The notes beneath the pieces are model-generated. The model worked only from the letters and a program-made list of their open reading frames with translations, did not search any database and was not told the DNA's origin. The translations under genes were made by a program, and so were the position numbers. From assembly GCA_963764715.1 (NCBI GenBank), contig CAVXTP010000022.1, forward strand, positions 64,001-128,000: a stretch of 64,000 bases of DNA, read 5' to 3'. Below are positions 42,663 to 54,810 of this stretch, in pieces. This DNA comes from an uncultured Acidobacteriota bacterium (GTDB lineage: Bacteria; Acidobacteriota; Thermoanaerobaculia; UBA5066; Gp7-AA6). Numbering within the stretch: the first letter of the stretch is position 1; the number at the start of each line of letters is the position of its first letter.

Positions 42663-43783
42663 CGGCCGGTCTCTACGTCCATCTTCCGTACTGCGCCTCG
42701 CGCTGCGGCTACTGCGCCTTCGTCGTGTCGACCGATGCGTCGGGACGCGATCGGTACCTCGCGGCGCTCGAGATGGAGGCGGCGCTGCTCGCGGAGGAGG
42801 CCCGCGGCGCGACGCTCGATTCCATCTACCTCGGGGGCGGGACGCCGTCGCTCCTGCCGGGCGAGGCGGTGGCGCGGCTCCTCGAGGCCCTCCGCGGCCG
42901 CTTCGCGATCGAGCCCTCGGCGGAGGTGACGCTCGAGGCCAACCCGGAGGACGTGACCCCCGCCGCGGCCCGCGCCTGGATCGCCGCGGGGGTCAACCGG
43001 ATCTCGGTCGGCGTTCAGTCCCTGGCGGACGCGGAGCTCGCCGCGGTCGGCCGGCGGCACGACGCCGCTCGCGCCCGCGCGGCCCTCGAGCTCCTGGCGG
43101 CGGAGGACGTCCCGACCTCGGGCGACCTCATCCTCGGACTGCCGGAGCAGACGCCCGAGACCTTCCGGGCGAGTCTCCTCGGCCTCGTCCGCTCGGGCGT
43201 CGAGCACGTCTCCGTCTACCTGCTCGAGGCGGAGAAGTCGAAGAGCCTCGAGGAGGACCGCCGCCAGCGGCCGGAGCGCTACCCGACCGACGACGCGCAG
43301 GCGGACATGTGGCTCGCGATGGGCGAGGCCCTCGCGCGGGAGGGCTTCGGCCACTACGAGATCTCCAACTGGGCGAGGCCCGGGCGCGAGGCGCGGCACA
43401 ACGTGAAGTACTGGCTCCGCGAGCCGACGCTCGGCCTCGGCGTGTCCGCCCACGAGCTCTGGGGCGGACGGCGGCGGGCCAACGTCTCGAGCCTCGAGCT
43501 CTACGTCGCAAAGCTCGAAGGCGGCGTCCGGCCGACGGCGCTCGACCGGCCGGTCGACCCCGAGGAATCCCGCCGCGAGGAGGTCTTCCTCGGCCTGCGC
43601 CTGGCGCGCGGAGTGGAGGCGCCGAAGATCGAAGCCCGGGTCGGTCTCGCCCGCGACCCGCGGCTGCCCGGGGACTACGCGGCCTGGCTCGAGACCGGCA
43701 TCCTGGAGCGCCGGGACGGCCGGGTGCGGTTCACGGAGCGGGGCTTTCTCGTCTCGAACGAGGTGCTGGCGCGGTTCGTCTGA
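42659..43783 (+). CDS. hemW: Radical SAM heme chaperone HemW
   Basis: YVHLPYCASRCGYCAF, GGGTPS, EANPE, YEISN, HNVKYW. Confidence 0.9.
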   Translation: MTAGLYVHLPYCASRCGYCAFVVSTDASGRDRYLAALEMEAALLAEEARGATLDSIYLGGGTPSLLPGEAVARLLEALRGRFAIEPSAEVTLEANPEDVTPAAARAWIAAGVNRISVGVQSLADAELAAVGRRHDAARARAALELLAAEDVPTSGDLILGLPEQTPETFRASLLGLVRSGVEHVSVYLLEAEKSKSLEEDRRQRPERYPTDDAQADMWLAMGEALAREGFGHYEISNWARPGREARHNVKYWLREPTLGLGVSAHELWGGRRRANVSSLELYVAKLEGGVRPTALDRPVDPEESRREEVFLGLRLARGVEAPKIEARVGLARDPRLPGDYAAWLETGILERRDGRVRFTERGFLVSNEVLARFV

Positions 43784-43790
43784 GCGGGAA

Positions 43791-43849
43791 GGGCGGCCGC
43801 AAGGGCCGCCCCGACTCCTGACGCCGGGGCGGGACCTGTCCCCGCCCCG
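43791..43849. repeat. Two REP-like GC hairpins between convergent genes (possible bidirectional terminator)
   Basis: GGGCGGCC-gcaag-GGCCGCCC (43791-43811) and CGGGGCGGG-acctgtc-CCCGCCCCG (43825-43849). Confidence 0.6.
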
Positions 43850-43865
43850 ATGAGACCTCCGCGAA

Positions 43866-46023
<2,158 letters not shown>

Positions 46024-46147
46024 TCGTCCAACTCCTGTTTTGTCGTGGTTCTGCGGGTCGCCCCTGACGGGGCGGACCGGCGGGGGAGGATATCAGAAGG
46101 CCGGCTCCGGGAAGGCCCTCCGGGGTCGGGGAGCGCGGGCCCCGGGT

Positions 46148-46570
46148 CTACTGTCCGACGGGCACGGCCTCCATCACGATGCCGATGTTCTTGGCGCCGG
46201 CGTTGCGGCAGCGATCCATGACCTGGATGACTTCGCCGTACGTCGCGCCGTCGTCGCCCGAGAAGAAGATCGTCTTGTTGGCGCGGTTCTTCAGGATTTC
46301 GGTCAGCCGGAGCGAAAGGACCTGCGGGCTGACCTCGTCCTTGTTGAGGTAGATCTTGTTCGTCGCGGTCAGCGACACGATGATCAGGTCCGCCGGAGGG
46401 GGCGAGTCCTGGGGCTGGTTGACCTTCGGCGGGACTTTGACGTCGTAGCCCATCTGCAGGAGCGGCGTGATGACCATGAAGATGATCAGGAGCACCAGCA
46501 CCACGTCGACGAGCGGCGTGATGTTGATGTCGCTCTTGTATTCGCCGGCGCCTCCGACTCCCATGGCCAT
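46148..46570 (-). CDS. exbD: ExbD/TolR family protein
   Basis: INITPLVDVVLVLLIIFMV TM helix with conserved Asp. Confidence 0.9.
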   Translation of the reverse strand: MAMGVGGAGEYKSDINITPLVDVVLVLLIIFMVITPLLQMGYDVKVPPKVNQPQDSPPPADLIIVSLTATNKIYLNKDEVSPQVLSLRLTEILKNRANKTIFFSGDDGATYGEVIQVMDRCRNAGAKNIGIVMEAVPVGQ

Positions 46571-46598
46571 GCGGATGCTCTCCTTAGAAGCGGGCGGC

Positions 46599-47036
46599 CT
46601 AGCCGCCGACGCCCTTCTGCTTTTTCTCGGCGATGAGCCCGACGTCCTGGAAGCCCGCGTCCTTGGTCATCTTGAAGACTTCCTTGACGTCGCTGTACTT
46701 CAGGCGCTGATCGGCCTTGATGACGAGCTCGGCCGAGGGGTTGCGCTGGTACAGCTCATCGAGGGCGTTCTGGAACTCCGCCTTCGACATCTGCTTCGGG
46801 TTGTCCATGTAGTAGCCCGGGGGATTCGTGTACGAGACGGAGATCATCTTCTGCTTGCTCGACTCGGGCTTCTTGTCGGGGTTCTCGGCCTGCGGGATCT
46901 GGACGCTGACGCCCTTCTGGAGCATGGGCGTGACGACCATGAAGATGATGAGCAGGACGAGGCACACGTCGACGAGCGGCGTGACGTTGATGTCGCTCTG
47001 AAGCTTGTCGCGGCCTCCGCCGCCTCCCATGCCCAT
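46599..47036 (-). CDS. exbD: ExbD/TolR family protein
   Basis: INVTPLVDVCLVLLIIFMV, IKAD. Confidence 0.9.
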   Translation of the reverse strand: MGMGGGGGRDKLQSDINVTPLVDVCLVLLIIFMVVTPMLQKGVSVQIPQAENPDKKPESSKQKMISVSYTNPPGYYMDNPKQMSKAEFQNALDELYQRNPSAELVIKADQRLKYSDVKEVFKMTKDAGFQDVGLIAEKKQKGVGG

Positions 47037-47046
47037 GACGGATCTC

Positions 47047-47742
47047 CTATGCGCTCAGCTGGGCGCCGGCGCCGCGACGCTTGATGAAGTAGTCGATCAG
47101 CTCGTTGGAGGAGTTCGACATCTCGACCTGGAACCGCTCGATGTTGTTCATGAAGATGTTGAACATCCACACGGCCGGGATCGCGACGAAGAGGCCGAGG
47201 GCCGTCGTGACGAGGGCCTCGGCGATTCCGGCGGAGACGGCCGCGATGCCGCCCGATCCGCTCATGGCCATTCCGCGGAACGCGTTGATGATGCCGATGA
47301 CCGTTCCGAAGAGGCCGATGAAGGGGGCCGTCGTGCCGATCGTCGCCAGGCCCGAGAGGCCCTTCTTCATGTCGGCGGTCGTGACCAGGACCTCGCGCTC
47401 GATGGCCCGCTCGGCGGCCTCGATCATGTCGTGGCCCTTGATGCCCGAGCCCCCGCTCTTCAGGTCGTGGGCGAACTCGTACAGGCCGGCCGAGAGCACG
47501 CGGGCGACGTGGCTGTTCTTGTATTTCTTCGAGGCGTCGATGGCTTCCTGGAGCTTGTCCTGCTTCAGGAACGTGGTGACCATCTTCGCGTAGGCCACCG
47601 ACTGGTTGCGCGCCTTCCGGTAGTAGAGGAAGCGCTCGAAGGCCACGGTCAGCGAATAGATCGACATGATGATCAGGAGAACCACGACGCCCTTGGCGAT
47701 CGGGGTCATCTGGTTCCACAGGTGGATGGGATCAAAACTCAT
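47047..47742 (-). CDS. exbB: MotA/TolQ/ExbB proton channel
   Basis: LATIGTTAPFIGLFGTVIGII, GIAEALVTTALGLFVAIPA. Confidence 0.92.
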   Translation of the reverse strand: MSFDPIHLWNQMTPIAKGVVVLLIIMSIYSLTVAFERFLYYRKARNQSVAYAKMVTTFLKQDKLQEAIDASKKYKNSHVARVLSAGLYEFAHDLKSGGSGIKGHDMIEAAERAIEREVLVTTADMKKGLSGLATIGTTAPFIGLFGTVIGIINAFRGMAMSGSGGIAAVSAGIAEALVTTALGLFVAIPAVWMFNIFMNNIERFQVEMSNSSNELIDYFIKRRGAGAQLSA

Positions 47743-47787
47743 GAGACGCTCCTCCTCAAATTTGCCGTCGCGCTCAACTCTACAATC

Positions 47788-48516
47788 CTAGTTCAACCGG
47801 AAGGTCACCGTCACGGTCAGGTAGACGCGAACCGCCCGGCCGTTCAGGGTGGCGGGCTTGTACTTCCACTGCTGCACCGCGCGCACCGCCGAGGCGTCGA
47901 GAAGGGGGTTGACCGACTTCAGGACCCGGACGTCCTCGACGTTGCCCTCGGCCGTGATGATCGCCTCGAGGATCACGACGCCTTCCATGCGGGCCTTGCG
48001 GGCCGCTTCGGGGTACTGCGGCTCGATGCGCGAGGAGAGCACGGGGGCCTTGACGTCGCCGCCGACCCGCAGGGGCTCGGCGCCGCCGCCGGCGCCGGTC
48101 CCGCCGACCACGCCTCCCATGACGCCGCCGGGCACGCCGCCCTCGACCCCGCCCTCGACACCCCCCTCGACGCCCGTGCTGGGCGCCGCTTCGGGCTCGG
48201 CCAGGGGGGCGGGAACGGACTCCGGAACGACCATGGGCTGGGACATTTCGGTCGGCCTGGTCTGGACGGGCTTCTGCGGTTCCGCCGCCTTGGGCGCGGC
48301 CTTGGGGGCCGCCGGGGGCGGGGGAGGCGGCGGGGGAGCCGCGGCGTAGAAGGTCACCGGGATCGGCGGCTCGGGCACGTCGCCGACGAACCAGATCGAG
48401 GCCCCGAGCGCGATTCCGATGACCAGCCCGTGAATCAGCACGGAGACCGGGAAGGACAGGGCCTTCCGCGATCCCCCCGCCTGATGGGTCGATTCGATGA
48501 GTGACGCTTCAAACAT
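47788..48516 (-). CDS. tonB: TonB-family energy transducer
   Basis: TM helix SVLIH, Pro-rich linker, GGV(E/P/M/V) repeats, PQYPEAAR...W.YKPA C-domain. Confidence 0.9.
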   Translation of the reverse strand: MFEASLIESTHQAGGSRKALSFPVSVLIHGLVIGIALGASIWFVGDVPEPPIPVTFYAAAPPPPPPPPAAPKAAPKAAEPQKPVQTRPTEMSQPMVVPESVPAPLAEPEAAPSTGVEGGVEGGVEGGVPGGVMGGVVGGTGAGGGAEPLRVGGDVKAPVLSSRIEPQYPEAARKARMEGVVILEAIITAEGNVEDVRVLKSVNPLLDASAVRAVQQWKYKPATLNGRAVRVYLTVTVTFRLN

Positions 48517-48549
48517 GGACGATCCCCCCGACCCAGTGAGACACCGGAC

Positions 48550-49416
48550 CTACTTGCTCGGTTCCGGAGTCGCCTGGGCGGCCTCCGCCTTCGCCTTCTC
48601 CTGCGCCGCCTTACGCAATTCCAGCGCCTGCTGGAGGTACTTGTTCGCCGTGTCCGTGTACTCCTGCTTCTTGGCCGGGTCCGTCTCCATCTTTGCCTTT
48701 TCGCGGTAGAGGAGGTTGATGTAGGAGATGGCCTCGAAGTAGTCGGGCTTGATCTCGACGGCCTTGTTCAGGGCGGCCATTCCCTCGTCGACGAGCTTGC
48801 CCCGCACGGCCGGATCCGTGTCGGGGAAGTTGTAGGAGCGGTCCCACGCCTGCACGCCGATCAGGTAGTAGACCTCGGCGCGCTCGGGGTCGGTGGTGAC
48901 GACGTTGAGCCGCTCCTTGAGCCACTTGACGCCGTTGTCGAAGTCGCCCTTCTTGAAGTAGAGCATCGCGAGCGACTGCATCGCCTTGCTGTCCTTCGGG
49001 TTCCGCTTCAGCAGCTCGTTCTGGTAGAAGGCGATAGCGTCGTCGTAGCGCTCCGTGTTCAGGTACATCGAGACCAGGTATTCGAGGGACTTCTGGTCGT
49101 CGGGGTAGGCCGCGACGTACTGCTTCAGGTTCTCGATCGCCTTCTGGGCGTACTCGAGGTCCTTCGGGTGCTTGGACCCCGGCTGGTACATCCCCATGTA
49201 GGCGATCCCGATGTGCTTGTGGAGCTTGTCCTCGCTCGGGTCGAGCCGCAGGGCCTCCTGGTAGGCCGAGAGGGCGCTCTGGTACTGGGCCGCTTTCAGG
49301 AACTCGTTGCCCCGCTTGATCTCCTGCTTGGACTTGAGCTTGTTGCAGCCGGCGGACGCGAAGACTGCGAGGAGGAGTATGGCGGCCGTGGCCGCACGTT
49401 GCCTTGCGCGTGGCAT
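48550..49416 (-). CDS. TPR-repeat lipoprotein
   Basis: Lipobox SAGC and TPR helices. First gene of the tonB-exbB-exbD-exbD run. Confidence 0.8.
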   Translation of the reverse strand: MPRARQRAATAAILLLAVFASAGCNKLKSKQEIKRGNEFLKAAQYQSALSAYQEALRLDPSEDKLHKHIGIAYMGMYQPGSKHPKDLEYAQKAIENLKQYVAAYPDDQKSLEYLVSMYLNTERYDDAIAFYQNELLKRNPKDSKAMQSLAMLYFKKGDFDNGVKWLKERLNVVTTDPERAEVYYLIGVQAWDRSYNFPDTDPAVRGKLVDEGMAALNKAVEIKPDYFEAISYINLLYREKAKMETDPAKKQEYTDTANKYLQQALELRKAAQEKAKAEAAQATPEPSK

Positions 49417-49687
49417 GCTTCGCTTCGCTCCTTGCCTTTCTTTTCCCACCGGGCTCGAGTCGGCCCGCCCCCGGAGGGCCGAATTCTGTTGAATTCCCCT
49501 CGACAAAGCAACAGAGTTTTTTTCAATCCGGACGGGCACGCCGAAACGCGCTTCGTTCGGTGCGAAAGCGCCGACGGCGGCGGCGCCGAAGGACGCCGGA
49601 CCCCGCGCCCCGGACGCCGAGGCCCTTCCGAGGTCGGGGAATAATGTCGCCGCCAGCAGCGCTTTGCGCTCACAGGAGGATCCCCAT

Positions 49688-51457
49688 TTGAGACGTCTCG
49701 TCGCCGCCCTCGTGCTCGCCGCCCTCGCTCCGGGAGCCGCCCCGGTCACCGCTCAGCAGGCGCCCGCGGCCCCCACCCCGGCGGCCGGCGCAGGCCAGCA
49801 GAAACCGGCTCCGGAAAGGGCGTTTCCTCCCTTCATCGAGACGGTCGACGTCTCCGTGACGAGCATCGAGGTCGTCGTGACCGACTCCAAGGGGCAGCGC
49901 GTCGCGGGCCTGACTCCGGCGGACTTCGAGGTCAAGCAGGACGGCATTGCCCAGAAGATCACCAACTTCTACGCCGTCGCCGGCGGCAAGCTCTTCCTGG
50001 AGGACGGCACGACCCTCGACCTCGGCAAGAAGGAGGTCGCGGCGGAGGTCCCCCGCGACGTCAAGGCCCGGTACATCTTCTACGTCGACAACCTGAACAT
50101 CCAGCCCATGAACCGCAACCGGATGTTCAAGCGCCTGAAGGAATTCGTGGCCGAGGTCATCGGGCCCAACGCCGAGGGCATGGTGGTCACGTTCAACCGC
50201 TCGCTCAAGGTGCGCCGGCAGTTCACGTCGGAGGTCAACGACCTCATCGGGGCGATCGACGAGATCGAGCTCGAGAGCGCCGGCGGCACCACGGCGAAGG
50301 GCGAGTGGAAGGACGCGCTCGACAAGATCTCCAACTCCAAGACCTCGAACGAGGCGATCAGCGCCGTCCGGATGTACGCCCAGTCGGTGCGCAACGACAT
50401 GGAGTTCACGATCGACGCGATCAAGCAGACCCTCGACAGCATGGCGGGGCTGCAGGGACGCAAGAGCCTGCTGTACATGTCCGAGGGCCTGCCGGCGTCG
50501 GCCGGCTACGAGCTCTTCAACGTCATCCGCGAGAAGTTCCAGGACACGGCGGCCACGATGGAGCAGTTCGACTTCGACCTGAACACCAAGTACGTCAAGA
50601 TCGTCCAGTCGGCCAACGCGAACGGCGTCACGATCTACACGCTCGACGCGTCGGGCCTGACGACGAGCGACGTGCTGTCGGCGGACACCCGGGGCGGCGG
50701 AGGGGGCCGGAACGACAACATCCACGTCGACGAGTTCCAGATGCGGCAGAACATGCAGGGCCCCATCCGGATGATGGCCGAGGAGACCGGGGGCAAGGCC
50801 ACGGTCAACTCCAACGACTGGAAGGCCGGCCTCGACGACATCGCGGCCGACTTCTCCAACTACTACTCGATCGGCTTCCGGAGCGCCCGCGGCGTGGCCG
50901 ACCGCCCCCACAAGATCGACGTCGAGGTCAAGCGCAAGGGCCTGACCGTGCGGACCCGCACGAGCTACGTCGAGAAATCGATCGAGACGCGCACGGCCGA
51001 GGCCGTCGTCGCGAGCCTCTCGTACAGCCGGACGGACAACCCGCTGCAGGCGAGCCTGTCGGTCGGCAAGGCAAAGCCCCACGACCGCCAGAACTACTCG
51101 CTTCCCGTGCGGATTTCCATCCCCATCTCCAAGCTCGGCCTCGTTCCGGCGGGAGACCAGTACGAGGGCCAGTTCCTGGTCTACTTCGTCGTGCGCGACG
51201 CCTCGGGAAACCAGTCCGACCTCTCCATCCAGCGCCAGGAGGTCCACATTCCGTCCAAGGACCTCGACGTGGCGCAGCGCAAGGACTTCTACTACGACGC
51301 CACGCTGCTCGTCGTGCCCGGCGGCCAGAAGCTCGCGGTCGGGGTACGGGACTCCGTCTCCAACCTGACCTCGTTCCTGCAGAAGCAGGTCTTCGTCTCG
51401 GTGCTTCCCGACGAGCCCAGGCCGGCGGCCGACCCCGCGAAACCCGGCACCCCGTAG
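49688..51457 (+). CDS. Secreted VWA domain protein (Acidobacterial VWFA-related type)
   Basis: AGGAGG SD then TTG; VVTDSKG..V.GL...DF, GRKSLLYMSEG, AEETGG, YYSIGF. Confidence 0.82.
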   Translation: MRRLVAALVLAALAPGAAPVTAQQAPAAPTPAAGAGQQKPAPERAFPPFIETVDVSVTSIEVVVTDSKGQRVAGLTPADFEVKQDGIAQKITNFYAVAGGKLFLEDGTTLDLGKKEVAAEVPRDVKARYIFYVDNLNIQPMNRNRMFKRLKEFVAEVIGPNAEGMVVTFNRSLKVRRQFTSEVNDLIGAIDEIELESAGGTTAKGEWKDALDKISNSKTSNEAISAVRMYAQSVRNDMEFTIDAIKQTLDSMAGLQGRKSLLYMSEGLPASAGYELFNVIREKFQDTAATMEQFDFDLNTKYVKIVQSANANGVTIYTLDASGLTTSDVLSADTRGGGGGRNDNIHVDEFQMRQNMQGPIRMMAEETGGKATVNSNDWKAGLDDIAADFSNYYSIGFRSARGVADRPHKIDVEVKRKGLTVRTRTSYVEKSIETRTAEAVVASLSYSRTDNPLQASLSVGKAKPHDRQNYSLPVRISIPISKLGLVPAGDQYEGQFLVYFVVRDASGNQSDLSIQRQEVHIPSKDLDVAQRKDFYYDATLLVVPGGQKLAVGVRDSVSNLTSFLQKQVFVSVLPDEPRPAADPAKPGTP

Positions 51458-51483
51458 GCCGGGGGCGGGCGGATAATCCGGCC

Positions 51484-53040
51484 GTGCTTCCCGTCCTCGA
51501 CGCGCGGCGAATGCGGGCGGCGGACGCCGCGGCGATCGGCGGCGGCGTCCCGTCGGACGCCCTGATGGAGAGCGCCGGGTCGGCGCTCGCCGACGAGCTC
51601 CTCCGCCGGTTCCCGGGCTGGAAACGGGTGACCGTGGTCTGCGGTCCGGGCAACAACGGCGGGGACGGGCTCGTTGCGGCGCGACGGCTGGCGGGGTCCG
51701 GAGTCGGAGTCGCGCTCTACACGCTGCGGGAGCCCGAGGCGTACGGCGGCGACCCCGCCCGGAATCTGCTCCGGGCCCGGGCCTACGGGCTCTCGGCGCG
51801 CTGGATCGGCGGGCCCGGTCTCGGTGCGCTGCGCCGCGACCTCGCCGGGAGCGACGGCGTCGTGGACGCGCTCTTCGGCACCGGGCTGACGCGGCCGCTC
51901 GACGGGACGGCGCGCCGAGCCGTCGAGGCGATTCGCCGGAGCGGACGCCCGGTCGTCGCGGCCGACGTTCCGTCCGGTCTTTCCTCCGACGGCGGGGCGC
52001 TGCGTGGAGTCGCCGTGCGAGCGGACCTCACGGTCGCCTTCGGCGCGCCAAAGCCGTGCCACCTGCTCGGGCCGGCCTCCACGCTCTGCGGCCGGCTCGT
52101 GGTCGCGGACATCGGGATCCCGCGGAGGGTCCTCGAGGCGCGCGGGTCGAAGTTGTTTCTCGCCGAGGCGGGCGACGTCGCCGAGAGCCTTCCTTCGCGC
52201 CCCCTCGATTCGAACAAGGGGGACTTCGGGAGGGTCGCGGTGATCGCAGGCTCGCGCGGCAAGGCGGGCGCGGCGGTCCTCGCCGCCCGGGGCGCTTTGC
52301 GGGGAGGGGCCGGGCTCGTGACCGTCTTCGGGACCGAGGCCGTCGCGGCGTCGGTGGTCGCGGCGCTGCCCGAGGCGATGACGCACGTCCTGCCCGAGAC
52401 CGCGGGCGTCCTGGCCGAGCGGGGAGTGCGCGACGCGGTCCGCGCCCTGAAGGGCTTCGACGCGGCCGCCGCCGGTCCGGGTCTCGGAACTTCGGCCGGG
52501 ACGGTCGCGTTTCTCGAGGGCCTCCTGCGCTCGACGCGCCTGCCCTTCGTTCTCGATGCCGACGCGTTGAACGCTTTCGCGGGCCGCCCGGGCGCCCTCG
52601 CGCGCCGGCGCGGCTCCCTCGTGCTGACGCCGCACCCGGGGGAGGCCGGCCGCCTGCTCGGCCGCACGTCGCGGGAGGTCCAGGCCGACCGGCTCGGCGC
52701 CGTCCGGGACCTCGCCCGGCGGACGCGGTCCGTCGTGGTCCTCAAGGGCGCGCACACCCTCGTGGCCGAGCCCGATGGAACGGTCGCGGCGAATCCGACG
52801 GGAACGCCGCTCCTCGCGACGGCCGGCTCGGGCGACGTCCTCGCGGGTCTCCTCGCGGCGATGCTCGGCGGCGGGCTCGCGCCCCGGGCGGCGGCCGTCG
52901 CGGCGGCCTGGCTCCACGGCGCGGCGGCCGAGGCGCTGGAGTCTCGTCTCGGCGACGCGGGCCTGCTCGCGCACGAGATCGCCGACGCGGTGCCGGGAGT
53001 CCGGCGCGGACTGCGCACGACGGCCGGTCCCCGTGGATAG
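51484..53040 (+). CDS. nnr: Bifunctional NAD(P)H-hydrate epimerase/dehydratase
   Basis: LMESAG, GPGNNGGDG, DALFGTG, DVPSG, DADAL, TPHPGE, AGSGDVLAG. Confidence 0.93.
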   Translation: MLPVLDARRMRAADAAAIGGGVPSDALMESAGSALADELLRRFPGWKRVTVVCGPGNNGGDGLVAARRLAGSGVGVALYTLREPEAYGGDPARNLLRARAYGLSARWIGGPGLGALRRDLAGSDGVVDALFGTGLTRPLDGTARRAVEAIRRSGRPVVAADVPSGLSSDGGALRGVAVRADLTVAFGAPKPCHLLGPASTLCGRLVVADIGIPRRVLEARGSKLFLAEAGDVAESLPSRPLDSNKGDFGRVAVIAGSRGKAGAAVLAARGALRGGAGLVTVFGTEAVAASVVAALPEAMTHVLPETAGVLAERGVRDAVRALKGFDAAAAGPGLGTSAGTVAFLEGLLRSTRLPFVLDADALNAFAGRPGALARRRGSLVLTPHPGEAGRLLGRTSREVQADRLGAVRDLARRTRSVVVLKGAHTLVAEPDGTVAANPTGTPLLATAGSGDVLAGLLAAMLGGGLAPRAAAVAAAWLHGAAAEALESRLGDAGLLAHEIADAVPGVRRGLRTTAGPRG

Positions 53041-53509
53041 CCGGGAATTCGTGACGCGCTCGGAATCCGAGACGGAGGCGCTCGGAGTCCGGCTGGCCGA
53101 GTCGCTGTCGGCGGGCTCGGTCGTCTACCTCCAGGGCGAGCTCGGCGCCGGCAAGACGGCGCTGGCGCGCGGGATCGCCCGGGGACTCGGCGCGCCGGGG
53201 CGCGAGGTCGCGTCGCCGACGTTCGCGCTGCTTCACGAGTACGCCGGGAGCGACGGCCGGATCGTTCTCCGGCACCTCGACCTCTACCGGCTCCGGGACG
53301 ATCCGCGGGAGCTGGAGCCTCTGGGCCTCCCGGAATCGGTCGCCGGGGCGCCCGTGTGCGTGGAGTGGCCGGGAGCGGCCATACGCGCGGCGCTGCCGCC
53401 GACCCTGGAGGTCCGCCTCGACGCGCTTCCGGACGACGGCCGGCGGATCCGCTTCGCCCCGCCGGCCGCCCCGCCGGGTCGAGCCACCGCCGCTAGAACG
53501 CGACGATGA
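53033..53509 (+). CDS. tsaE: tRNA t6A ATPase TsaE
   Basis: GELGAGKT, VASPTF, HLDLYRL, VEW. Confidence 0.92.
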   Translation: MDSREFVTRSESETEALGVRLAESLSAGSVVYLQGELGAGKTALARGIARGLGAPGREVASPTFALLHEYAGSDGRIVLRHLDLYRLRDDPRELEPLGLPESVAGAPVCVEWPGAAIRAALPPTLEVRLDALPDDGRRIRFAPPAAPPGRATAARTRR

Positions 53510-54128
53510 ATCCGCCGTTGGCGGAGAAGTTCGTCAGCCAGTTGCTCTGCGTGCAGTAGTAGTACGGCCCGCAGAGAACGGTCGTGTCGCTGAGCCACGT
53601 CGAGTAGGAGCGGCCGTCGATCCGCAGCGCGAAGTGCGGGTCGAAGAAATACTTGATCCCGCCGCCGATTCCGGCCGTGAAGCGCGTGTCGGAGGCGGTG
53701 TTGAAGTTCTGGATCTCCGGCTTGAGGTTCGCGGCGCCGGCCCCGATCGTGAAATACGGGACGAGCCGGCTGTGGCCGAAGTTGAACGTGGCGTAGCCCA
53801 TGTAGTACTGGAGCCGGAGGTCGCCGATGTTGAGGTCCGGATCGAAGTTCGTCTCGCTGTCGAGGTGGAGGCTGGTCTTGTCGTAGCCGTACTCGAACTC
53901 GATCTCGAAGAGGCTCGTGATGTTGAAGCCGAGGCGGCCGCCGTAGATCGGGTCGTCGTCGACGCCGACCCGATAGGGCGTGAAGTCGACCTGGGCGTCG
54001 CCGAAGTTACCGCCGAAGAGGTAGCCCGCGTACGGGTTGATCTCGAACGTGCCCGCGCGGATCTGGCCCCGCGCCGATGCGGCGGCCGCCGCGAGAACGA
54101 GGGCGAGAAGGGCGATGCGGGATTTCAT
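53493..54128 (-). CDS. Outer-membrane beta-barrel protein (OmpA/OmpW-like)
   Basis: Signal peptide, amphipathic beta strands, PYFTIGAG, C-terminal Phe. Confidence 0.8.
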   Translation of the reverse strand: MKSRIALLALVLAAAAASARGQIRAGTFEINPYAGYLFGGNFGDAQVDFTPYRVGVDDDPIYGGRLGFNITSLFEIEFEYGYDKTSLHLDSETNFDPDLNIGDLRLQYYMGYATFNFGHSRLVPYFTIGAGAANLKPEIQNFNTASDTRFTAGIGGGIKYFFDPHFALRIDGRSYSTWLSDTTVLCGPYYYCTQSNWLTNFSANGGFIVAF

Positions 54129-54171
54129 GGCAGGCCTCCCTGAGGTTGGACGCGGGGCCCGGAGTCCGGGA

Positions 54172-54669
54172 TTACTTGCGCGCCTTGAGGTTCTGTTCGA
54201 GGACCTTCTTCCAGCTCTCCTCGTAAGCCGGGTCGTAGCCGACGTACCGGCCGACGAGGGTTCGGTCGGTCCCCAGGATGAACGTGGAGGGGATTCCCAT
54301 CGCCGTCAGAGGCCCGGCGTCTTCGGGAGCCGCGTAGTAGACCGGAAGGGAGATGTTGAACTGCTTGAGGAAGGGGGACACGCGGCGACGGTCGGCGTCG
54401 ACGTTGACCGCGAGGACCACGAAGTTCCGGTCGCTGAAGGTGTCGTACATCCGCTGAACGCTCGGCAGCTCCTTCTTGCAGGGCCCGCACCAGGTCGCCC
54501 AGACGTTCAGGAGAACGACGTTGCCCTTGAGCTCCGAGAGCCGGACGCTGCCGCCTTCGGCGCCCACGAACTCCAGGTCCGGGAAGACCGGGGGCGTCGA
54601 CGAGGACTGGGCGAGGGCGGCGGAAGCGAACGCGGCGGACACAGCGAGGGCGGCGAGAGTCGTGCGCAT
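54172..54669 (-). CDS. TlpA-family thiol:disulfide oxidoreductase
   Basis: NVWATWCGPCKKELP, GIPSTF. Confidence 0.9.
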   Translation of the reverse strand: MRTTLAALAVSAAFASAALAQSSSTPPVFPDLEFVGAEGGSVRLSELKGNVVLLNVWATWCGPCKKELPSVQRMYDTFSDRNFVVLAVNVDADRRRVSPFLKQFNISLPVYYAAPEDAGPLTAMGIPSTFILGTDRTLVGRYVGYDPAYEESWKKVLEQNLKARK

Positions 54670-54810
54670 TCGGTTCAGCGAACGGCCCGGGAAGGCCGAT
54701 TATTCCGTCGCATGGGCCGCTTCAGGATAGCAGGTCGGTCCCGGGCGGCCGGCGCCGGAGGACCGACGGAAGGAGCGCGCCGGCGCGTCCTGACCTCATA
54801 ATGGGCGGCC

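Noticed and set aside
46024-46147. Riboswitch upstream of hppA
   Set aside because: Only a short hairpin (CGCCCC-TGAC-GGGGCG) after a TGnTATCCT box; no aptamer consensus recognised by eye.
48100-48180. 12-bp DNA repeats inside tonB
   Set aside because: They encode the GGVxGG low-complexity linker common in such TonB proteins; a protein-level repeat.
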